From Sediminibacterium sp. FEMGT703S (GTDB taxonomy: Bacteria; Bacteroidota; Bacteroidia; Chitinophagales; Chitinophagaceae): a stretch of DNA of 64,000 nucleotides. Of this stretch, positions 1-7,302 are shown piece by piece. The position numbers and the translations under genes were made by a program. The stretch's first letter is position 1; each line of letters begins with the position of its first letter. The notes under the pieces were generated by a model that saw only the letters and a list, made by a program, of their open reading frames with translations, ran no database searches and was not told the DNA's origin. The stretch is from contig PGCO01000004.1 of the NCBI GenBank assembly GCA_002786355.1, positions 93,297 to 157,296 on the forward strand. The letters are read 5' to 3'.

Positions 1-617
1 TTATCTGACCACCCGAATAAAAACCATCTATTGTTATATTCTTTTAGGAAATAAGGGCTAAATATAATTTGATAGGATTCGGATGCATAAAAGTGCTTGT
101 ATGTTATTTTTAAAACTTGCTTTTTTATTATTGAATTATACAAATCACCCAAGAAGTCAGAGCCAAGAACTGTTGGAGGGTTTTCAAATGCAATTACTGG
201 CATTTTTTCATTAGATCTCAACTTTATTTTATGCTCTAACCTTTGAACTATTCCTTCTATTTCATCTGCTATAGTAAAGCCTTTTATTTGTTGCATTATA
301 TCTACTACCTCTCTTAATCTTAAAACATCTTCTTCCTCAAGAGGAAGCTTATTTATTGAAAAATTGATATCCTCGTATATGTAATATACAGAAGTCCCTT
401 CTTTTACCGTATTTATAGGTGCGCCATACTCAGCTTGCATGTCGTTTAAATCATTTCTAATTTGGCTTAAAGAGATAGTGGTATTATTCCCACATTTTTC
501 TTCTAATTTTTTATTTACAACATCCAATAAATTTCTTTTTGACCATTTATGCAGTGTATTACGTAAGCATTCATCAATTATTTCAAAACGAACTCTTGCT
601 GCTTTATTTACTGGCAT
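1..617 (-). CDS. WYL domain-containing transcriptional regulator, N-terminal ~205 aa (gene runs off the window start)
   Basis: Own minus-strand translation from the ATG at 617-615: MPVNKAARVRFEIIDECLRNTLHKWSKRNLLDVV...KITYKHFYASESYQIIFSPYFLKEYNNRWFLFGWSD. It shows an N-terminal wHTH and the start of a WYL domain (RWFLFG). It is absent from the ORF track because it is open at the window edge. Confidence 0.75.
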   Translation of the reverse strand, partial: MPVNKAARVRFEIIDECLRNTLHKWSKRNLLDVVNKKLEEKCGNNTTISLSQIRNDLNDMQAEYGAPINTVKEGTSVYYIYEDINFSINKLPLEEEDVLRLREVVDIMQQIKGFTIADEIEGIVQRLEHKIKLRSNEKMPVIAFENPPTVLGSDFLGDLYNSIIKKQVLKITYKHFYASESYQIIFSPYFLKEYNNRWFLFGWSD

Positions 618-665
618 AACTGTTTTTCTTACTAAAGTACCGATTTCCTTTCTATCTATATATTC

Positions 666-719
666 AATTTATATATGTATGAATTTATATTTATTAGAAT
701 TACTTGCAAATAGGTTGCA
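666..719. promoter_or_regulatory. Candidate operator elements in the divergent WYL / 756..1097 intergenic region
   Basis: Direct repeat AATTTATAT at 666-674 and 682-690. Inverted repeat TGCAA-N5-TTGCA at 705-719. The region is AT-rich, so chance occurrence is possible. Confidence 0.25.
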
Positions 720-755
720 TAGTTCTACTTCAATTTTGATTTCAAATAGGGATTT

Positions 756-1097
756 ATGCAAAAAACACTTACAGTTGTATCAAAAGATGAGAAAACAGGC
801 TGGGTTGAATCATTTAGGTTCACTCATACAAGCCATTCTTTTACAAGGTCAGCACAAAGAGGTATTGATAGTTCAAAACTTTCTATTGCCTTATTATATG
901 GACAACCATTTTATAAGCAAGGTTTAATCTACTATGTTCTAGGGGAAAATAATATCCCAAGTAAATTAATGAATAATAAAGAGTCCTTACGAAATACTAT
1001 TGTTATTGTAGACGGAAAATCGGATACTATCATTACATGTTATCGTGCTAAAGATCCTTTTAAGCATATAAAAAGAAAGTCAAGTATTCTTAAATAA
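756..1097 (+). CDS. Small protein, DUF4258-like (putative toxin-type fold)
   Basis: 113 aa. The pattern SHSFTRSAQRGI...LLYG...IVIVDGKSDTIITCYRAKD resembles the H..R...R.I ... ITvY pattern of DUF4258. The call is made by eye only. Confidence 0.45.
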   Translation: MQKTLTVVSKDEKTGWVESFRFTHTSHSFTRSAQRGIDSSKLSIALLYGQPFYKQGLIYYVLGENNIPSKLMNNKESLRNTIVIVDGKSDTIITCYRAKDPFKHIKRKSSILK

Positions 1098-1113
1098 TAA
1101 ATTAATTACTATT

Positions 1114-1515
1114 ATGAAAATATATCACTTAGAAACTTTAATCAAATTTGGTGTTTATAATGGGAAAACTCTCCAACAAGTGATGAGTATTGATAAGCCG
1201 TATATTGAGTTTTGCTTAAACAAATTAGAACATTTTGTTATTACTGAAGAAACAATCAGAATGTATCAAATGATTAATCCCACATTTATCTTATCCATCA
1301 AAGCTGAAAATGCACTAAGGGAAAAGATAAAAAAGTTAAAAGACTTATTTGAACAAGAAGACGATAATGATTGGGATGAAGAAGATGGTAATGAACATCC
1401 AAAAGATAGTTATGGATCTAGTGGTACTAAATATGGATGGTATAATGGATTTAGTGATGATGTGATTGATGATGCATTTGAAGGTGATCCGTCGAATACA
1501 TGGAATGTAGATTAA
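1114..1515 (+). CDS. Hypothetical protein, ExoX C-terminal/DUF3820-like N-terminus and acidic linker
   Basis: Starts 16 bp after the previous gene. FGVYNGKTLQQV..DKPYIEFCL resembles the FGKYKGKTL..D..YL.W motif. It has the acidic tract EQEDDNDWDEEDGNE and the C-terminal DDAFEGDPSNTWNVD. Confidence 0.5.
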   Translation: MKIYHLETLIKFGVYNGKTLQQVMSIDKPYIEFCLNKLEHFVITEETIRMYQMINPTFILSIKAENALREKIKKLKDLFEQEDDNDWDEEDGNEHPKDSYGSSGTKYGWYNGFSDDVIDDAFEGDPSNTWNVD

Positions 1516-1856
1516 TTCCTAAACGCCCCATATTTATAAAAATCGGTCATCACTATTTTAGCACTCTGGTATTCTTTCAGTTCGTATTTTGGTGCAATAC
1601 CTTTTTCTCTCTGTTCCGACATTTCTTGTAAGCGTTTATAATAGGCTTTGTTTACATCAGTTAAAGTAAAGGTTGGTTCATCATCTAGTTTTAGTAAATG
1701 GTAGCACTTTGAGAGTGGGCGTTTATCTAAATTAGAAGTTGGCTGTGGAATGCTAGTCGTTTTTTCAGCTTTGACGGGCTCAGGCTTTTTCGATAGAATG
1801 TAGTCTACCAATCTTATCAATCCCGCTAAATAAATGATTCCCCAAATAGTAGACAT
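1512..1856 (-). CDS. Hypothetical protein with N-terminal hydrophobic helix and degenerate J-domain-like region
   Basis: 114 aa. The N-terminus IWGIIYLAGLIRLVDYIL is hydrophobic. CYHLLKLDDEPTFTLTDVNKAYYKRLQE resembles J-domain helices I-II but has no HPD motif. It is convergent with 1114..1515 (stop codons overlap) and divergent from 1918..2220. Confidence 0.45.
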   Translation of the reverse strand: MSTIWGIIYLAGLIRLVDYILSKKPEPVKAEKTTSIPQPTSNLDKRPLSKCYHLLKLDDEPTFTLTDVNKAYYKRLQEMSEQREKGIAPKYELKEYQSAKIVMTDFYKYGAFRN

Positions 1857-1917
1857 AAAACATTTTTTATTTATTCACAACCTTTCTTTCCGACAACCTT
1901 TTTTATAATTTGTTACA

Positions 1918-2220
1918 ATGATAATTAATTCTCTTTCAACCACAGAAACCTTACCCGAAATTTTTCAGGAAGTTCAAACCATTACTCTTGAACAATTAGA
2001 CATTGCTGGCCAAGTGATTCTACATTGTAGACATTATGGCTGCAATGCAGAATGTGGTAAATCAATCCGTTGCGAAATTAAATTGAATCCAGGAATTGCG
2101 CTGGTACCAGTTGACGGTGGTAATCCTTCCACCATATTGAACCGGATGGGCCTGGTGGAGAGGGATGGGTTATTCGTAATATCAAGCGATCTGCTACAGA
2201 TGTATATAAGCTCACTTTAG
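1918..2220 (+). CDS. Small Cys/His-rich protein, first gene of the four-gene module
   Basis: 100 aa with the motif HCRHYGCNAEC plus a further Cys. A truncated paralogue lies at 5199-5360. Confidence 0.5.
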   Translation: MIINSLSTTETLPEIFQEVQTITLEQLDIAGQVILHCRHYGCNAECGKSIRCEIKLNPGIALVPVDGGNPSTILNRMGLVERDGLFVISSDLLQMYISSL

Positions 2221-2330
2221 GCACTCATGCTTCTTGGGAGGGTGAAATAGACTTCTAGCCTTTACAAGCTTGTAGAAATCAAAATGGCTTATTGTGCCTG
2301 GTAATTTTACACAACAACAAAACAATTACC

Positions 2331-2966
2331 ATGAAACAAACAAAAACAATCTATCACTTAATTTTAGACAGAAGTGGTTCAATGATTGACTGCCTAGAAA
2401 ACACGATTAATGGATTTAACGAGCAGATTCATCGGATTCGTAGAATTAAAGCTGAATTTCCAGATGACGAAATGACTGTTGGTTTAACTATCTTTAATGA
2501 AGAAGTAATTATAAAATACCTGGCTTCCGACCCCCATGACGTCAGTCTTCTTGATTCACTTTCATATAAGCCCGGGGGGTCTACTGCTTTATTAGATGCA
2601 ATTGGTTTTACCGTCAAGCGAATTGAAAGTGAACTGGAACGTTCGAATAATATTCAGGATACCAGTGTAATTGTTGTGGTCATTACAGATGGTTATGAAA
2701 ATGCTTCAAAAATTTTTTCGATGCCAGAAATAAAATTAATGATTGCTAGGCTGGAGGAAACTACCAAGTGGAATTTTGCATTCATTGGTGCAACACTTGA
2801 TGCAGTTGAAGTAGCTAAAGCAATGTCAATTAAATCTAAAAACAGTTATTCTTTCAATAAAAATGAAATGGACTCTGTAGTTTGGGATAAGTTGAACCTT
2901 TCACTTTTAAGCTATAGCCAAAAAAAGAAGAATAAGCAATCCGACGATAATCTTTTCGGAGAATGA
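2331..2966 (+). CDS. von Willebrand factor type A (vWA) domain protein with intact MIDAS
   Basis: MIDAS residues are present: DRSGSM (DxSxS), GGSTALLDA (Thr) and VITDGYEN (Asp). I take the start at ATG 2331 (MKQTKTIYHL) rather than the upstream TTG at 2292. Confidence 0.85.
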   Translation: MKQTKTIYHLILDRSGSMIDCLENTINGFNEQIHRIRRIKAEFPDDEMTVGLTIFNEEVIIKYLASDPHDVSLLDSLSYKPGGSTALLDAIGFTVKRIESELERSNNIQDTSVIVVVITDGYENASKIFSMPEIKLMIARLEETTKWNFAFIGATLDAVEVAKAMSIKSKNSYSFNKNEMDSVVWDKLNLSLLSYSQKKKNKQSDDNLFGE

Positions 2967-3015
2967 AAACCATAGTTAATAGTATTCAATAATAATATAA
3001 AGCAATCGGATCCTA

Positions 3016-4164
3016 ATGAAAGTACATTTAATCAAAAGCAATAAACTAGACATTGAACTGTTTACAGACATTGTTGGTCTGTTAACTTCTATTCCGGGTC
3101 CTATTCAGTTTATTTATGATGAAAAGGATACAATAAATTATAACCAAGAATCTTTTTCTTCAATTGTGTATGAATCAGAAGAACAATTTGAAATTCTCAA
3201 AATGATGCAAATTGATTCACTTTATAATAAAGTATACCCATTAGAAATAGATACTGTTTCTTGGAAAACTATTTTTGACAAGTGCAATAAGTATAGAGCT
3301 AAAAAAAGGTTGCAGGAAGAGGATTTTGTTATTCTATTGACTGAAGTAGCTAATGAGAAAAACTGGTTTGCTGCACTCGATCCTGATAATTTATACAACA
3401 GCTTTGTACATGCTGATGATTGGGAACATTATATTGATTGCCAACCCCAATTTCCGATTGCCTATGAGGTAATTGCACAAATTCTTCATCATTACTCAAT
3501 TAAAGGTGGTGATGATTTCTTTAATGTATTTCATAATCAATCAATCGGATGTGTAAATGATTTCTGCACCAATAAAAGGGAAATCATCCTAAAACTGCGA
3601 ACAGCAGATATATGTATGGGCTGTATGACCCGGTTAAAAAAACAGATGCCTTTTTTAATGATCAATCATGCTTTGTCATTGTTGGAGTCTTTAAGGATTA
3701 AAATGCTTTTTTCTCAAAACTTTAAACAGCAGCTTCCGCCTAGCAAGCTTATCATTGATAGACAGTATTGTATATTTCTACCTGATTTTAATAATATTGA
3801 AATTAAACTTACCCCTTTAGAAAAAGCACTTTATATCTTGTTTCTATGCGATCCTCAAGGTATTTCCTTATCCCAACTTTGTGAGCATAAAGAAGAATTA
3901 TATACCATTTATGCTGCCCTTGCTAATACCGGTGACTTTAATGAAATGAGGGGTAGGATAGACGATATGGCTAATGCGCTTAGTTCGTCTGCATCCCAAA
4001 AGATCTCTAAAATAAAAAAGGTCTTTGAACTAAATATTGGAACCGAATTAGCGGCTCATTATTATATCAAGGGCGCTAATGGTGAAGAAAAGGGTATTTC
4101 ACTTGACAGGAACCTGGTTGAGTTTGATAGCAGTTTGCCAATACATGGCAAACACCCCCTTTAA
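3016..4164 (+). CDS. Uncharacterised 382-aa protein with a Cys4 cluster and a wHTH-like C-terminus
   Basis: Long ORF with no competing frame. It carries a CX3C-X16-CX2C cluster (GCVNDFC...ADICMGC). The C-terminal helical region LTPLEKALYILFLCDPQGISLSQL...ELYTIY looks wHTH-like. No family recognised. Confidence 0.7.
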   Translation: MKVHLIKSNKLDIELFTDIVGLLTSIPGPIQFIYDEKDTINYNQESFSSIVYESEEQFEILKMMQIDSLYNKVYPLEIDTVSWKTIFDKCNKYRAKKRLQEEDFVILLTEVANEKNWFAALDPDNLYNSFVHADDWEHYIDCQPQFPIAYEVIAQILHHYSIKGGDDFFNVFHNQSIGCVNDFCTNKREIILKLRTADICMGCMTRLKKQMPFLMINHALSLLESLRIKMLFSQNFKQQLPPSKLIIDRQYCIFLPDFNNIEIKLTPLEKALYILFLCDPQGISLSQLCEHKEELYTIYAALANTGDFNEMRGRIDDMANALSSSASQKISKIKKVFELNIGTELAAHYYIKGANGEEKGISLDRNLVEFDSSLPIHGKHPL

Positions 4165-4188
4165 TTTTACCTCCCTCAAATACATTCC

Positions 4189-5133
4189 ATGCAAACACTT
4201 AAAAACATTCTCGATGCCGAATTAGATCGGTTAATTAGTATCCAACATTTTCAAGAACCTGCGGTGGGTGTGTCTTCTGGTTTTAAGTATTTGGATAGGG
4301 CCATAAATGGATTTAGGCCACAACACTTATACCTCTTGAGCGCTGCTCCAGAGTCGGGTAAAACGGCGTTTTTGCTCAACCTATTATTATGCATTACCGT
4401 TAAAAAGAAAAATCCTGCTAAAGCCCTGTTTTATAGTTTAGACATTAGTGCGGCTGAAGTGGCGCAGCGTTTGTTGAGTTGTAATTCTGGGGTTACCATG
4501 GAGCATGTTTTTTATGGAACCACCAAGTCTGAAGTAATTGAAAAACTCTACATTGATGTGGATCAAATTAAAGACCTCTCTACTAATTTATTCATTGAAG
4601 ATTATCCTTCTTGCTCTATCGAAACCATACGTGCGCAATTAACCGAATTGAAAGCGCAAAATCAATTGCCTTCTATTGTGGTGATTGATAATATCAATCG
4701 CATTGCGGTGGAGGGTGATCCTACTCCTGAATCGGATGACTATGGGGTTATTCCTGCTTCTTTAATAGAGCAGTTAAAAAAGATTGCCATCGATTTTAAT
4801 ATTCCACTCTTGATTTCTCCTGAAACCAGTCCCCTTGATCCTGATGTTGAAACCGATCGTATGCCTCGCTTATACGTATTGCGTCAAAAGAATTTCAACT
4901 TACACTTAATTGATGTGGTGATGTTTTTGTTGATGCCGAATTACTATGCCGTTCCAACCGGGGAAGATGATATCAACCCCGGTCATGTTTCTAGAGCGGG
5001 ATATCCTTTGCCCAAAGGCTTTAGTGAAATGCACCTTCGAATTCCGCTCAATCGCTGCGGCCCTATTACCACCGTGTACTTCAACGCCAATATGGAATCA
5101 CAAACGATTATGGAGGATGTGGGGTATAATTGA
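4189..5133 (+). CDS. DnaB C-terminal domain-like (RecA-fold) ATPase without the DnaB N-terminal domain
   Basis: By eye it aligns with E. coli DnaB residues ~200-470. Shared elements are GFKYLDRAINGFRP, Walker A AAPESGKTAF, Walker B IVVIDN and NRCGPITTVYF (DnaB has QRNGPIGTV). The SLEM Glu is Asp here (SLDI), and the SQLNR motif is replaced by ISPETS. Confidence 0.8.
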   Translation: MQTLKNILDAELDRLISIQHFQEPAVGVSSGFKYLDRAINGFRPQHLYLLSAAPESGKTAFLLNLLLCITVKKKNPAKALFYSLDISAAEVAQRLLSCNSGVTMEHVFYGTTKSEVIEKLYIDVDQIKDLSTNLFIEDYPSCSIETIRAQLTELKAQNQLPSIVVIDNINRIAVEGDPTPESDDYGVIPASLIEQLKKIAIDFNIPLLISPETSPLDPDVETDRMPRLYVLRQKNFNLHLIDVVMFLLMPNYYAVPTGEDDINPGHVSRAGYPLPKGFSEMHLRIPLNRCGPITTVYFNANMESQTIMEDVGYN

Positions 5134-5372
5134 TTAGGTATTTATACTCTATAATTGTTAGTGTAGGTCTATGTATTTTTATAAAAATATTTTATTGGGA
5201 AATATTTCAAGAAAATAAAACCATTACTCTTGAACAAGTATATACGGCTGGCCAAGTGATTTTACATTGTACGCATTATGGCTGCAATGCAGAATGTACT
5301 AATCCTTCCATTTTATTGAACCCGATGCACCTGGTGGAGAGGGATGGTGTTTTCGTAATAGCCACCTTCTAA
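5130..5372 (+). pseudogene. Truncated paralogue of the Cys/His-rich small ORF
   Basis: 5199-5360 matches 1957-2181, roughly 85% by hand count. It has an in-frame ~66-nt deletion that removes GKSIRCEIKLNPGIALVPVDGG. The only available start is a TTG inside the gene-end repeat, and there is no in-frame ATG. Confidence 0.5.
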
Positions 5373-5481
5373 ACAAGCATATTCAAGCTATCCATGAAAC
5401 TAATTACAAAACAATCTGATTTTAGTAAGTTTACAAGGAAGGAAATCAAGTAAAATCTTAACAGTAATATATCATTTAAAT

Positions 5482-5721
5482 ATGAGCAGCATAAAAATAT
5501 TTGAAGAAAAAAAAGTGCGTAGCCAATACGATGCAGAGAGAGAGGGAAACGAGACGGTTACAAACTGTAACCAACTGAAACTGCAGTCTGAAGATGGTAA
5601 ATTTTATAAAACCGATGTGGGGAGTGTAGAAGATATTTACCACCCAAAAAAGAAACCAAAAAATAGATCTATACCAAGACATGGCAAAAACCCCTTTAAT
5701 TTTACCTCCCTCAAATATTGA
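5482..5721 (+). pseudogene. Bro-N / phage antirepressor-type gene fragment
   Basis: SIKIFEEKKVRSQYDAERE and GNETVTNCNQLKLQSEDGK match the N-terminal region of Bacteroidota Bro-N family proteins, with the intervening ~40 aa missing. The 3' end fuses to a copy of the junction between the 382-aa gene and the DnaB-like gene. Confidence 0.5.
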
Positions 5722-5723
5722 CC

Positions 5724-6093
5724 ATGCAAACACTCAAAACCATTTTCGATGCCGAGTTAGATCGGTTGATTAGTATCCAACATTTTCAAGAACCAGCAGT
5801 GGGTGTGTCTTCTGGTTTTAAGCGCTGCTCCTGAGTCGGGCAAAACGGCGTTTTTGCTCAACCTATTTTTAAGCATTACCGTTAAAAAGAAAAACCTACT
5901 CCTGAATCGGATGACTATGGAGTTATTCCCGCTTCTTTAATGGAACAGTTAAAAAAGATTGCCATCGATTTTAATGCCCCCAGGCTTTTCTGAAATGCAT
6001 ATTCGTATTCCGCTTAATCGCTGTGGTCCTATTACCACCGTTTACTTTACCGCCAATATGGAATGTCAGCTGGTGTATGAGGATGGGGTGTAA
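5724..6093 (+). pseudogene. Deletion-riddled remnant of the DnaB-like ATPase gene
   Basis: It consists of four collinear blocks matching 4189-4287, 4341-4416, 4720-4800 and 5010-5133 (about 85-93% identical). The reading frame is broken after the first junction (TGA at ~5836). Confidence 0.85.
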
Positions 6094-6103
6094 TTGATTG
6101 ATT

Positions 6104-6117
6104 AGGTATTAATACCT
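6104..6117. repeat. Perfect 14-bp palindrome AGGTATTAATACCT after the remnant stop codon
   Basis: The sequence is its own reverse complement and is identical to 7365-7378. The intact gene carries the degenerate form AGGTATTTATACTC at 5136-5149. Confidence 0.9.
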
Positions 6118-6190
6118 ATACTCAATAATCCAATAAAATCTGATATTCAATTAAAGGATAATCAATTAAACGCTTTTAAAATATTGGGTT

Positions 6191-7285
6191 ATGAAATCTA
6201 AAAGAAAGCAGTTGGGAAATGAAATTGAAAGAGTTGTCTTTCCATTGGCTGAGAATGTAAAAGAAATGCCTGATGGCTATATTTCTTTTGTAGATGAACT
6301 CAAAGGGTTTATTAAAAAAGAGAAGCTATCTACTATACTCCATGCCAATCAACGAATGATATTAATGTATTGGCATATTGGTAAGGCTATTCTTTCCAAA
6401 CAAGGAACTGAAGGCTGGGGTACAAAAGTAATTGATCGCTTGTCTGCAGACCTAAAAGATGCTTTTCCTGAAGAAACAGGATTTTCAACAAGAAACTTAA
6501 AATACATGCGAAAGTTTGCTGAATCGTGGGCAGACTTTGAAATTGTGCAACGCACCGTTGCACAAATACCTTGGCGAAGCAATATTACTCTATTAGATAA
6601 AATAAAAGAACCAGAATTACGGCTTTGGTATGCTCAAAAAACCATCGAAAATGGCTTTGGAAAAGATGTGTTAGTTTTTCAAATTGAAAGTGAACTACAC
6701 AAAAGGCAAGGCAATGCTGTTAGTAATTTTCTAGATACGTTGCCACCCTTGGAATCTGATTTGGCGAAACAATCTTTTAAAGACCCTTATATTTTTAATT
6801 TTTTAGGTAACGCAAGTCATATCATAGAAATGGAGTTGGAACAAAAACTCATAGACCATATTCAAAAGTTTCTACTTGAACTTGGACAAGGCTTCGCGTT
6901 TGTGGGTAGGCAGGTGCATTTAGAATTGGGGGACAGCGATTTTTACCTTGACTTACTTTTTTATCACATCAAGCTGAAGTGTTATGTGGTGATAGAATTA
7001 AAAACGGGCAAGCTAGAACCTGGCCATATAAGCCAACTTAATATGTATATGAATGTGGTAAACGATGCACTTTGTGGTAAAGACGACAATAAAACCATTG
7101 GCCTATTACTAGTAAAAGAAAAAGACAAAATAGTAGCTGAATATTCATTGGCGGGTGTAAATAATCCAATAGGGATTTCAAACTGGGAAAAAGACATTAA
7201 AAAATCCCTACCAGACAATCTTAAAAGTAGTTTACCAAGTATAGAGGAAATTGAAAACGAATTCGATAAAGATGAGGAATTATAG
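6191..7285 (+). CDS. YhcG-family PDDEXK nuclease domain protein (DUF1016)
   Basis: 364 aa. The N-terminal helical region (ILMYWHIGKAI...GWGTKVIDRLSADL...FSTRNLKYMRKFA) and the C-terminal nuclease core (DLLFYHIKLKCYVVIELKTGK) are typical of DUF1016. Confidence 0.85.
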   Translation: MKSKRKQLGNEIERVVFPLAENVKEMPDGYISFVDELKGFIKKEKLSTILHANQRMILMYWHIGKAILSKQGTEGWGTKVIDRLSADLKDAFPEETGFSTRNLKYMRKFAESWADFEIVQRTVAQIPWRSNITLLDKIKEPELRLWYAQKTIENGFGKDVLVFQIESELHKRQGNAVSNFLDTLPPLESDLAKQSFKDPYIFNFLGNASHIIEMELEQKLIDHIQKFLLELGQGFAFVGRQVHLELGDSDFYLDLLFYHIKLKCYVVIELKTGKLEPGHISQLNMYMNVVNDALCGKDDNKTIGLLLVKEKDKIVAEYSLAGVNNPIGISNWEKDIKKSLPDNLKSSLPSIEEIENEFDKDEEL

Positions 7286-7302
7286 GCCGATCAATTCCCA
7301 AT

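Noticed and set aside
439-927. The 162-aa plus-strand ORF in the track.
   Set aside because: It is antisense to the clearly recognisable WYL regulator gene (complement 1-617). Its sequence is low-complexity and hydrophobic, with no motif. It is a shadow ORF.
1979-2168. Possibility that the small Cys/His ORF region is a structured RNA. CCATTACTCT (1979-1988) can pair with AGAGGGATGG (2159-2168), and there are several short local hairpins.
   Set aside because: Both arms are identical in the second copy, so there is no covariation. The deletion in copy 2 is in-frame, and substitutions look protein-like. I kept it as a CDS with moderate confidence.
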